Origin: Verrucomicrobiia bacterium
GTDB taxonomy: Bacteria; Verrucomicrobiota; Verrucomicrobiia; Limisphaerales; UBA8199
Direction of reading: 5' to 3'
DNA: 64,000 nucleotides
Assembly: GCA_035946615.1 (NCBI GenBank)
Contig: DASYZB010000161.1
Coordinates: forward strand, 6,881-70,880
Positions 54,323-63,263 of this stretch are shown here, in pieces (the first letter of the stretch is position 1; every line of letters begins with the position of its first letter). The position numbers and the translations under genes were made by a program. The notes beneath the pieces were generated by a model. It worked only from the letters and a program-made list of their open reading frames with translations, had not been told where the DNA came from and searched no databases.

Positions 54323-56287
54323 ATGCCCGCGACTGCGCTCGAACCTGTTAAAACGCGCTCACTTTGGACCCGGCCCGGAGTTGTCCAATTCCTTGTCGCG
54401 TTTGCTGTGATGCTCAGTGTGCTGACTCTGCCGCGTGTGCCGATCAGCACCTTGGGCGAATCGGGCTGGAGCGCTGTGCTGAACTACGCGCATCAGAAAG
54501 GCTGGCAGTACGGCACCGACCTGGTTTACACCTACGGCCCCGCTGGCTTTCTGACCATCTCCTTTTTTGCACCGCACTGGGCCTGGGTGCGCCTGTCCGT
54601 GGATGTTTTGGTGTGTTTTGCTGTCGCTGCGGGGGCCGTAAGGGCTGCCTGGCGCCTGACGATCGTGAAGCGAATTCTGCTTCTGATTATTTTTGTATTC
54701 TTCGCCGCCAACATCGATCCTCGAATCGACCTCCTCCTCGATGCGGGCCTGCTTTTCTGGGGGTTGCTTTGCCGGCTCGAATCAGGGGGGCGCCTGGTGG
54801 TTTCCCTTGCGGTGCTTGTCATTCTGGCGAGCTTTGCGGGGCTGACCAAACTAACCTTCCTCGTCCTAACGGGTTTGACTGTCACTATGATTGCGCTGGA
54901 CTTGGCGCTGCGCAGGAAACCCCAACTGGCTCTTGGGTTGATGGCCTGTTTCGCAGGAGGAACGCTCAGCTTGTGGCTCCTGCTAGGTCAAGACTTGCGG
55001 CATATGGGACCCTTTGTTATCAACGCGCTGGCCGTTGCCCGAGGATACAACACCATGGGCCTTGAAGGCTCGGAACAGCTTCGATTGCGCAGTGGGTTGG
55101 TCATCGTTCTCGCGATCGGCATGGTCCTCTCCAGATGCCTGGCAGCCGGCACTCTCACCAGTCGCCATTCCAGAGGGCGCGCCGGCCTGCTGCTGGCCTG
55201 GCTCCTGTTGCTGATGTTTCTGGTTTGGAAGCACGGGTTTTTGCGCGCAGACGAATATCATACCTGCTTTTTTCTTGGCTTCGTTCCAATCCTGGCGGTC
55301 GCGTTCGAATTACTGCCCTGCGAAGACCGGACCATCGGGATTTTATCGCGGGGGATAGCGGGGCTTTGCGCTCTCCTGGCAGGCTTTACGCTCGAATCGA
55401 CCTTTATCGCAGGCACCTTCACTGACGCTCTAGTTCGCCCTTCCCAGGCCGCTGCCGCGAACCTGCGGTCGCTCTGTGGTCCAGGGGCCTATCACAGGCA
55501 GATGATGCAAGCGCTGGCAAAGGAGCGCCTCGCAGCCCGGTTGCCCAAGGTGCGCAACCTGGTTGGCCAAGCCCCCATCGATGTATTCGGGTACGATGAG
55601 GCCTACGCATGGCTCAATGATTTGAACTACTCTCCTCGGCCTGTATTCCAAAGTTACGCCGCCTACAGCGCGCCATTGATGCGCCTGAATGAGCAGTTTT
55701 ATCTCTCAGCCCGCGCGCCCGAGTATGTCTTATTTGGGTTGAGGTCGCTCGACCGGCGATTTCCGCCATTGGAAGACGCGCGGGTGCTCCGCGCGCTGCT
55801 GATCAATTATCAGCCCGTGACCGAGGAGGGGCCCTTTCTGCTGCTCAAATCCAGGTCAAGCTCTCGTCCCAGCATGACCCTGCTCCGCGAAGGAACCGTG
55901 GGGCCCGGGGAACCGATTGGCCTCGAAGATTTCCCCGCTACGGACCTTTGGATCGAGATACACCCTGCGCCCACCTGGAGGGGACGGCTTAGAGAACTTT
56001 TTTATCGCGAACCCAAGGTCCGACTTGCTGTCTGGGGCGACCTGCCTGGCCGGCTCCATAAGTTCCGGGCGCCCGTGGCCATGCTCGAAGCCGGTTTCCT
56101 GGCGAGCCCGCTCCTGCTGGATAACCAGCAGGTACTGGCCCTCTTTAAAGGGCAACCGGCGCATCGTCCGACGGCCTATTCGATTGAACTCAGTGGAGGC
56201 AGCAGGGGTTTATGGCAAGGCGTCATCCGCTACCGAGTTTTCAAAATCAACAGCCCCTTGGGGCAATGCGCGGCCAAGCCCCAATGA
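54323..56287 (+). CDS. Large polytopic membrane protein with C-terminal soluble domain (function unknown)
   Basis: 654 aa. The first ~390 aa holds ~10 hydrophobic segments, followed by a ~260 aa non-membrane domain. No motif recognised with confidence. Confidence 0.6.
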   Translation: MPATALEPVKTRSLWTRPGVVQFLVAFAVMLSVLTLPRVPISTLGESGWSAVLNYAHQKGWQYGTDLVYTYGPAGFLTISFFAPHWAWVRLSVDVLVCFAVAAGAVRAAWRLTIVKRILLLIIFVFFAANIDPRIDLLLDAGLLFWGLLCRLESGGRLVVSLAVLVILASFAGLTKLTFLVLTGLTVTMIALDLALRRKPQLALGLMACFAGGTLSLWLLLGQDLRHMGPFVINALAVARGYNTMGLEGSEQLRLRSGLVIVLAIGMVLSRCLAAGTLTSRHSRGRAGLLLAWLLLLMFLVWKHGFLRADEYHTCFFLGFVPILAVAFELLPCEDRTIGILSRGIAGLCALLAGFTLESTFIAGTFTDALVRPSQAAAANLRSLCGPGAYHRQMMQALAKERLAARLPKVRNLVGQAPIDVFGYDEAYAWLNDLNYSPRPVFQSYAAYSAPLMRLNEQFYLSARAPEYVLFGLRSLDRRFPPLEDARVLRALLINYQPVTEEGPFLLLKSRSSSRPSMTLLREGTVGPGEPIGLEDFPATDLWIEIHPAPTWRGRLRELFYREPKVRLAVWGDLPGRLHKFRAPVAMLEAGFLASPLLLDNQQVLALFKGQPAHRPTAYSIELSGGSRGLWQGVIRYRVFKINSPLGQCAAKPQ

Positions 56288-56308
56288 TGAGTTGAAGCCT
56301 GGTCTCGG

Positions 56309-56605
56309 CTACTCGCGGTCGGCCAATGCGTCCAGATCGCCTAAGGGCCGGCTGAAAGTTGCCTTGGCGGGACGGACCACCAGCGCCTGGGCGAATTGAT
56401 GGACGTGCCCAGTGGCGGCCGTCACCGGCAGACTGAAAAGAAAGAAGGCGCCGCTGATGGCAGTCGATGCAAAGCAAACTGGCCGCACAAAGGCGACATC
56501 GGCGACCTTAACCACTGTTGAGGGATGTTCTTGAGCGGGCGAAGTGAGGACACTAGCCAGGCTAATGATTGCCGCCCAGTGGATGATTGTGGTGCGATTC
56601 TTCAT
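56309..56605 (-). CDS. Small secreted or lipid-anchored conserved hypothetical protein
   Basis: The signal peptide is MKNRTTIIHWAAIISLASVLTSPAQE. The pattern D.AFVRP...G...F..SLP......G...........LVV.PAKATFSRPLG resembles a widespread small-protein family that I cannot name. Confidence 0.55.
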   Translation of the reverse strand: MKNRTTIIHWAAIISLASVLTSPAQEHPSTVVKVADVAFVRPVCFASTAISGAFFLFSLPVTAATGHVHQFAQALVVRPAKATFSRPLGDLDALADRE

Positions 56606-56769
56606 TGGCCGAAAGCTTACCAGTGTCCAAGCCGCTTGGCCAGTCCGCTAAAAAGATAAAAGCGGCAGAGGACCGCCGTAGTAGTTCAGGACGCTGGCGC
56701 GGCGAGCAAAACCTTCCGCCAGGTTTATCGATGCCTGGGTGTTCGACAAAGGCTCTGATGGTCGGGCTT

Positions 56770-58053
56770 TCAGTTTAAGGAAACACCGCGGCGGATATAG
56801 GTGGGAACATCGAGGTCCTCGCCTTTGTGAATAGTTGGCTCACTCTTATCGAAACGCCCCTTGGAAACAATTTCGAGCGGCAACTGGGTCTGGCGCAGCT
56901 TCGGCAGGGCCTTGCGGGGGCGGCCCGCGCGAGAGCCCTGGCGGGCCAGCATCTGCTCCATCTTTTCCGGGCTCAGCGAGGGCGGTGGAGGAAGGAATCT
57001 CGATTCAGGCCGTGCAGGGGCCGAGCGGCCCAGGAGCTGGCTGTCCAATCCCTCGGCTCCGTACCCGTCTGCTTTTTCGGCGCCTGAGCCGTGAGTTTTT
57101 TGGGCCGCGATGACGATCACCGCCAGCCGTTCGCGGAACGTTTCGTCCACAGCCGCCCCCATGATGAGTTGCGCCCGCTGGCAATGGCTGTGGAGCTGCT
57201 CCATCACCAGGTTGACTTCAGCCATGGCCAGATCCGGGCCACCCATCAGACTCACCAGCACCACGTTGGACTCCGCCAGCACCTGGCCCCCTTCGAGCAA
57301 CGGATGGGCCAGGAGCTTCTCGACCACCTCGCGCGAGCGCGCGGCGCCCATGGCCTCAACGGCCGCAAACGCGCTCTCCGCATGCCGGTCACGAAGAAGC
57401 GCGCAGAGGTCGCCGATATGTATCTCGATCAGGCCAGGACGCGCCAGCAGGCGCCAGATGCCCCGCACCCCTTCGGCCAGCAATTCGTTTCCGAGCTTGA
57501 ATGTATCCAGGACGCTGGTTGTTTCATCGGTCAGCTTTAATACCTTCTGGTTCGGCAGGCACACGACTCCATCGGCAGTTTCCATCAAATGTTCCAGACC
57601 CAACCGGGCAAGACGCTGACGGCGGCCACCCTCGCAATCAAACGGGGCAATCACGAAACCCAGGACCAGGGCGCCGCTCTCTTTGGCGAGGCGCGCCAGG
57701 ACCGGGCTGATGCCAGTGCCCGCAGCCCCGCCCAACCCCGCTATCAAGAAAACCACTTCAGCGCCCGCACAGAGCGCCTTGAGCCGCGGCGCCTGTTCTT
57801 CAGCCCAGGCCCGCATCCGCTCCGGGTCCCCGTCGGCGCCCAGCCTGCTTTCGAGCTGGAGTTGTTCCACTGCGGCCAAAATGCCGCACGGAATCGGGTC
57901 GCTATGGACGGCAATAAAGGAAGCCTGCGCCAAACCGCCGGCGATCAGCGGTTCGAGCACATTGACCCCGGCATTCCCCACGCCGAAAATCCGTGTGGTG
58001 CGCAGGCCCTTTGCGGGTTTTGTGCCGGGTCCAGATTGAGAGGCGGTATCCAT
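56770..58053 (-). CDS. ftsZ: Cell division protein FtsZ (divergent nucleotide-binding motifs)
   Basis: It sits directly after ftsA in the dcw cluster and has the overall FtsZ fold order. The C-terminal FtsA-binding-type peptide DLDVPTYIRRG is present. The signature motifs are altered (see finding). Confidence 0.8.
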   Translation of the reverse strand: MDTASQSGPGTKPAKGLRTTRIFGVGNAGVNVLEPLIAGGLAQASFIAVHSDPIPCGILAAVEQLQLESRLGADGDPERMRAWAEEQAPRLKALCAGAEVVFLIAGLGGAAGTGISPVLARLAKESGALVLGFVIAPFDCEGGRRQRLARLGLEHLMETADGVVCLPNQKVLKLTDETTSVLDTFKLGNELLAEGVRGIWRLLARPGLIEIHIGDLCALLRDRHAESAFAAVEAMGAARSREVVEKLLAHPLLEGGQVLAESNVVLVSLMGGPDLAMAEVNLVMEQLHSHCQRAQLIMGAAVDETFRERLAVIVIAAQKTHGSGAEKADGYGAEGLDSQLLGRSAPARPESRFLPPPPSLSPEKMEQMLARQGSRAGRPRKALPKLRQTQLPLEIVSKGRFDKSEPTIHKGEDLDVPTYIRRGVSLN

Positions 58054-58078
58054 GTCAGGGTTTGAGTTGTAGCCAGAA

Positions 58079-59305
58079 TCAAGGTCTTTTGAATATCTGT
58101 CCGAGAGTCGATTTCAATCCGTCGCGCAACGACCCCTTGGCAGCGCGCTTGCGTTGCTGGAACGAACCGAACTTTACCAGGCCAATGGCGGTTGCAAACT
58201 CGGGCTGGTCCAGAGCGGATTTCAAGCCACTGATGGAGTTGGTTTTGCCCAGTGAGACAGGCACCTGCAGCAGTTGTTCGGCCATCTTGGCGATTTGCGG
58301 CAGCCGTGAAACCCCGCCACACAGGAATACCCCGCCGCGCAAGTAATCCAGCGCAGCGGCTTGTTCGAGGTCCTGCGTGATGAGCTGGAAAATCTCTTCG
58401 ACGCGCAGCGAGATGATGCGTTGGAGATTCTCCAAATTGAGTATTTTGAGCGGCATGCCGAGATCGTTGGCAATTGTGACGGTCTGGTCCTTGGCGGCGG
58501 GATTGACCAGAGCTGAGCCGTGCTCGAGTTTGAGTTGCTCGGCCCGGCTCAAGGGGACCTTCAGCCCATACGCCAGGTCATTGGAGAGGTGATCGCCGCC
58601 AACCGCCAGCACGCCGGTGTGTTTGATGATCCCGTTGGCATACACCACATATTCGGTCGTGCCTCCGCCGATGTCGATCACCAGCGAGCCGAGCTCTTTT
58701 TGTTCATTGGTCAACAATGCCAGCGATGAGGCCAAACCAGTAAAGACGATGTCGTCCACTTCCAGTTGCAGGCCCTTGACGGCGCGGATGGCATTTTGGA
58801 GGCGGTTTAAATTGCCATGAACCACGTGGACATCCACCTCGACCCGGGCCCCCAGCATACCCACTGGGTTGGCAATGCCATCCTGGCCATCTACCAAAAA
58901 ATGCTGGCGGATGGCGTGGATGACGTGGTTCTGGGCCGGCAGATTGATGGTCTTGGCATTCTTTATGACATCCTGGACATCGGCCTCGGAAATCTCGCGA
59001 TCGGCGGAAGCCACCGGATGGACACCGCGGTTATTGAAACCCCGCACATGACTGCCGGTGACCCCGAGATAAACGCTGCGGATTTCAACATCAGCCATCT
59101 GTTCGGCCTCGACAATGGCGTGCCGCACATCCTCCTCGGCAGCGGGCGCGTCACTGATCTCCCCCTTGCGCACGCCCCGAGAGCGGGCTTGACCCAAGCC
59201 GACGATGTTCAGCGCCCCATCAGAATTGAGTTCGCCCACCACAGCGCAAATCTTTGAGGTGCCGATTTCCAAGCCGACAATGATGGGTGAGGCGGAATCA
59301 AACAT
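58079..59305 (-). CDS. ftsA: Cell division protein FtsA
   Basis: IVGLEIGTSKICAVVGE, VIDIGGGTTEY and the position between ftsQ and ftsZ. Confidence 0.92.
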   Translation of the reverse strand: MFDSASPIIVGLEIGTSKICAVVGELNSDGALNIVGLGQARSRGVRKGEISDAPAAEEDVRHAIVEAEQMADVEIRSVYLGVTGSHVRGFNNRGVHPVASADREISEADVQDVIKNAKTINLPAQNHVIHAIRQHFLVDGQDGIANPVGMLGARVEVDVHVVHGNLNRLQNAIRAVKGLQLEVDDIVFTGLASSLALLTNEQKELGSLVIDIGGGTTEYVVYANGIIKHTGVLAVGGDHLSNDLAYGLKVPLSRAEQLKLEHGSALVNPAAKDQTVTIANDLGMPLKILNLENLQRIISLRVEEIFQLITQDLEQAAALDYLRGGVFLCGGVSRLPQIAKMAEQLLQVPVSLGKTNSISGLKSALDQPEFATAIGLVKFGSFQQRKRAAKGSLRDGLKSTLGQIFKRP

Positions 59306-60251
59306 GTTTTCTCCTGAGGTGTTTGGGGGATTTGGGACGGGCCGGAGGCAGCGCGCTGGCCTCCAGCCAGCAGGCGGGAATATTATTGCTAACGGCCAGG
59401 TCGAGAGTGGCGATGACTTTGTTCATCTTGTGACCCAAATCATTGATGCACTGCCATCGGCGCAATTGCCGGTCCAACTCCGTGACGCCAAAGGTGATGA
59501 CGCTGCCCTGGTCGGTGGTGGCAACCAGGACATCCGGGGAGGAGACGTCAACGCTCTTAATATCGACCAGGCCGGTCATGTCGGATTTTTCGAAGGCCGC
59601 GAGCAACTGGACGGCGTCCTGGACCTGTGGCGATGCATTGGTGCGGCCAGTCTGGATGTCGGCGGCGCGCAGACCCACAATGGTGGGCAGCGGATCGGCC
59701 GGACCTCCGGCTGACGGGGCGCGTTGCCGGGGGTCGAGCGGCACAATGACGTAACCCTCCTCATCCAACTGGAAGACGGCGGTCTCGATACCGCCAGAGG
59801 GGCGAGGGCGGAAGGTATTGATCTGCGCCAGAGGTTCGCGTTCCGTCACCCGAATGCGCAGTGTACGCGGCAGGATTCGCTCGACCGACGCGCATTTGAC
59901 GAGTGAGACCAATTCCAAATCACGTTTCACTCGAGCCAGGTCAAGGGCCAGCAGGTTGTCGCCAACCTGCACACCGGTCCAGCGGCGGAGTTGGTCCACC
60001 GCAATCACGCCATCCGTCTGAATGTCGATATGGGTGATGGCAAAGGCCTTGTTCTGATAGACCAGCCGATCCAGGGCCCAGCCCCCCGCTCTCCAGAGGG
60101 AGTAGGCGCCCAGGACAGTGGCAAATACCACCGCCAAGGCCATAGCCGCCAGGCGCAAACGCGCGGCGCGCACCTGGCTCGAACGCAGCTTTACGTCCAG
60201 CACGTGCTCGCGGCCAAGGCGGCGGTTCTTCGGTTTCCGTCGGGCCCACAT
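59298..60251 (-). CDS. ftsQ: Cell division protein FtsQ (POTRA domain)
   Basis: A basic N-terminus and a single TM (LAAMALAVVFATVLGAYSL) precede a POTRA-like FAITHIDIQTDGVIAVDQLRRWTGVQVGDNLLALDL. It shares an 8-nt overlap with ftsA. Confidence 0.8.
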   Translation of the reverse strand: MWARRKPKNRRLGREHVLDVKLRSSQVRAARLRLAAMALAVVFATVLGAYSLWRAGGWALDRLVYQNKAFAITHIDIQTDGVIAVDQLRRWTGVQVGDNLLALDLARVKRDLELVSLVKCASVERILPRTLRIRVTEREPLAQINTFRPRPSGGIETAVFQLDEEGYVIVPLDPRQRAPSAGGPADPLPTIVGLRAADIQTGRTNASPQVQDAVQLLAAFEKSDMTGLVDIKSVDVSSPDVLVATTDQGSVITFGVTELDRQLRRWQCINDLGHKMNKVIATLDLAVSNNIPACWLEASALPPARPKSPKHLRRKHV

Positions 60252-60259
60252 CTGTTGTT

Positions 60260-61168
60260 TTATCCAGTGGTCACGGCTTTGGCGCGCTTCATGGCCAGGT
60301 CAATCATGCGCTGGCAAAGCTCGCCGTAGGTCAGGCCGGCGGCGGCAGCGGCTTTGGGCAACAGGCTCGTTTCAGTCATGCCGGGCAGGGTATTGACCTC
60401 GAGCACCAGCGGCTCGTCGTTTGCCCGAACCATCACATCGACCCGCCCGTAATCGCGCCCGCCAATGACGCGGAAAGCGTCCAGGCCAGCCGCCTGAATC
60501 CGCGCCGTCGTTTCCTGGCTAAAAGGCGCGGGGCATAGATACTCGGTCGAGCCGGCGGTATATTTTGTCTGGTAATCATAAATTCCACTCCCTGGCCGCA
60601 CCTCGACCAACGGCAATGGTTGCCCGCCTAAAATCCCCACCGTCGTCTCGCGTCCGTTGATTTTCTCTTCCACCAGGACCTGCGAATCGAACCGCATCGC
60701 CTCGGCCAGGGCCTTGCTCCAGTCGGCAACGCGTTCGACGAATTGCAGGCCGACGCTGGAGCCCTGCCGCAAGGGTTTGAGAACGACCGGTGGGTTCCAG
60801 CCTAATGGCCAACTGGCAGTGGACGAATCGATGACGACAAAGCGGGGCGTGGGCACGCCCGCTGCCATGCAATGCTGTTTTGTCAGGGCCTTGTCAAACC
60901 CGATGCGGCTGGCCTCGGGACCGCAGCCGGTATAAGGCACGCCCAATTCCTCGAGGCGCTGCTGCACCGTGCCATCCTCACCATAGGTTCCGTGCAAGGC
61001 CAGAAAAACAACCTCGGTCTCGTGAGCGAGCTGCCAGTCTTCCGTAACCGGATCAAGTTCCCAGACCTGGTGCCCCCGGGCGCGCAGGGCCCGGGCGACG
61101 GCTGCGCCCGAGCGGAGCGAGACCTCGCGTTCGGCGCTCGGGCCGCCTGACATGACCGTAATGTTCAT
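60260..61168 (-). CDS. ddl: D-alanine--D-alanine ligase
   Basis: VMSGGPSAEREVSLRSG, FLALHGTYGEDGTVQ and EVNTLPGMTETSLLPK, with an ATP-grasp fold. Confidence 0.92.
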   Translation of the reverse strand: MNITVMSGGPSAEREVSLRSGAAVARALRARGHQVWELDPVTEDWQLAHETEVVFLALHGTYGEDGTVQQRLEELGVPYTGCGPEASRIGFDKALTKQHCMAAGVPTPRFVVIDSSTASWPLGWNPPVVLKPLRQGSSVGLQFVERVADWSKALAEAMRFDSQVLVEEKINGRETTVGILGGQPLPLVEVRPGSGIYDYQTKYTAGSTEYLCPAPFSQETTARIQAAGLDAFRVIGGRDYGRVDVMVRANDEPLVLEVNTLPGMTETSLLPKAAAAAGLTYGELCQRMIDLAMKRAKAVTTG

Positions 61169-62106
61169 TCGCCGATGATTTCCACTTCGATTTCCAAATC
61201 GATTGACCGCTTGGATTTTGCCTGCTGCCGGATCAGCGCAATCAAATCTAAAAAATCCTGCGCCGTGGCCGCGCCTGTGTTCACAATGAAATTTCCATGC
61301 TCGTGGGAAACGGCAGCCCCGCCAACGCGTGTACCTTTGAGGCCCAGTTCATCGATCAGCCGGCCAGCGGGAATCGTCACCGGGTTTTTGAAGATGCACC
61401 CAGCGCTGGCGGCGGCAGGCTGCGTTCGCCAGCGTTTCTGGCTGAACTGCTGCATCCGCTGCTCAATTTCGGCCTGCGCGCCGGGGCGTCCGCGCAGGAG
61501 CGCCCCAAGGGCAATCTGGTTCTTGAGCGCAGCGCAACCGCGATACTGAACTTCCAACTCCTGAGGTTTTCGTTCGTGAACCACGCCGCTGGCGTCCATC
61601 ACCCGAACCGAGTCCACCACCTGAAATATCGCGCCGCCCATGGCTCCGGCGTTCATCCGCAACGCCCCACCGATGCTGCCCGGGATTCCTTCCAGAAACT
61701 CAAACCCCGCAAGACTGCGCCGCCGGGCTTCGACGGCAACCGCCTTCAACTTGGCCCCGGCGCCACAACGCAGAAGGTCCCCCTCAACTTCGATCCGGCC
61801 AAAACACGGCTGGTTAAGACAAATCACCACCCCGCGAAAGCCGCCGTCACGGACCAGGAGGTTTGACCCACGGCCCAAAGGAAGATAGGGCAAGTTGTGT
61901 TCTTCACACCATTTGAGCACCGCCGCCAAATCCGGTTCCGAAGCCGGTTCGACGTACACATCAGCCGGCCCGCCCACCCGCAAGGTGGTGCGCCGGGCCA
62001 GGGGTTCTTTCTTTCTGACGACGGTTGCGGACGAGACGCGCTGAGTCAATTCGTCCGCTGCGTCAATCACCGCGGGATTTCCGCAAATTGCATTGGGGTC
62101 GCTCAT
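61165..62106 (-). CDS. murB: UDP-N-acetylenolpyruvoylglucosamine reductase
   Basis: TTLRVGGPADVYVEP, RGSNLLVRD, AGCIFKNP and GGAAVSHEHGNFIVN. Confidence 0.92.
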   Translation of the reverse strand: MSDPNAICGNPAVIDAADELTQRVSSATVVRKKEPLARRTTLRVGGPADVYVEPASEPDLAAVLKWCEEHNLPYLPLGRGSNLLVRDGGFRGVVICLNQPCFGRIEVEGDLLRCGAGAKLKAVAVEARRRSLAGFEFLEGIPGSIGGALRMNAGAMGGAIFQVVDSVRVMDASGVVHERKPQELEVQYRGCAALKNQIALGALLRGRPGAQAEIEQRMQQFSQKRWRTQPAAASAGCIFKNPVTIPAGRLIDELGLKGTRVGGAAVSHEHGNFIVNTGAATAQDFLDLIALIRQQAKSKRSIDLEIEVEIIGE

Positions 62107-63263
62107 GCCACAATTTCAGAAAACGATGTGTGCTCAATTGAAACCGGCGCCGGCCCCACCCGGCCAATGTCGGCCAGGAGCACACGGGCAATTTCCTGGG
62201 CCGCCTCCGGCTTGTGCCACTGCGCCAAGGCCAGGCGCATCGCCTGCCGCCTTGCCTGGTTCTGCACCAGGTCCATTAATAGCCCTCCCAAAATTTCAGG
62301 AGTTGCCTCGTCCTGGGGCAGCAACCGCGCCGCTCCACTGAGATCAAACGCGCGGGCGTTGTGGGTCTGGTGATCATCGACCGCCGCAGGGTATGGCACC
62401 AGCACGGACGGGACCCGCAGCGCGGCAATCTCCGCCAGCGAAGAAGCCCCGGCCCGGCTCACAGCGGCGGTCGCAGCTCCCAAGGCCAGGTCCATTCGGG
62501 CAAAAAACGTGCGCACAATGCCTTTAACCCGCAGCATTCGATAAGCATCTTGGACCTTCGGCAAATCAGCAGACCCGGCGAGGTGCAGCCATTGCCATTC
62601 CGCCGCGAGTTTGGCCAAAGATGGCAACGAACGCAGCACCAGTTCGTTTATCCCGCTGGCACCCTGGCTGCCGCCCATCACAAGCACCAGCGGCTGATTC
62701 GGGTCCAAACCTAATTCCGTGCGGCAACCTCCGGCGTCCCTGGGCTGGAACTCTGAACGAACGGGAGTGCCGCAGATAACAGTGTTCTTTTGATGCAGTC
62801 GCGAGATAGCTGACGGGAACCCAACAAAGGCCCGGCCCACCGTCCATGACAACCAGCGATTCGCACGGCCAGGAATGGCATTGGATTCATGCAGAAAAGT
62901 CAGGGCGCCGAGCCTTCGCCCAGCCAGGAGAGGCGGAACGCTGGTGAATCCACCCATGCCCAGGACAGCTTGGGGAGGGTTCGGCAGAAAAAGTTTCCGG
63001 GCCGCGGCGTAGGAACGGCAAAAGGCGTTTAGAAATGCGAACGTCTTGCCCGAACTCAATCCAATGACCGGCAGCGTGACCACATCGAGACCCGCAACCG
63101 ACTTGAGCGCTTGCTGGTCCACTTCCTTTGGCGAAACCAGTAACGTGACGGAGCAGCCACGCTGAACCAATTGCTCCGCAACCGCCAACCCGGGGAACAA
63201 GTGGCCACCGGTGCCCCCACAGGCCAGGGCAATTCTTGGACCAGGATAGGCAGCGGGCTTCAT
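62103..63263 (-). CDS. murG: UDP-N-acetylglucosamine--N-acetylmuramyl-(pentapeptide) pyrophosphoryl-undecaprenol GlcNAc transferase
   Basis: ALACGGTGGHLFPGLAVAE, VMGGSQGA and AVDDHQTHNA. Confidence 0.92.
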   Translation of the reverse strand: MKPAAYPGPRIALACGGTGGHLFPGLAVAEQLVQRGCSVTLLVSPKEVDQQALKSVAGLDVVTLPVIGLSSGKTFAFLNAFCRSYAAARKLFLPNPPQAVLGMGGFTSVPPLLAGRRLGALTFLHESNAIPGRANRWLSWTVGRAFVGFPSAISRLHQKNTVICGTPVRSEFQPRDAGGCRTELGLDPNQPLVLVMGGSQGASGINELVLRSLPSLAKLAAEWQWLHLAGSADLPKVQDAYRMLRVKGIVRTFFARMDLALGAATAAVSRAGASSLAEIAALRVPSVLVPYPAAVDDHQTHNARAFDLSGAARLLPQDEATPEILGGLLMDLVQNQARRQAMRLALAQWHKPEAAQEIARVLLADIGRVGPAPVSIEHTSFSEIVA

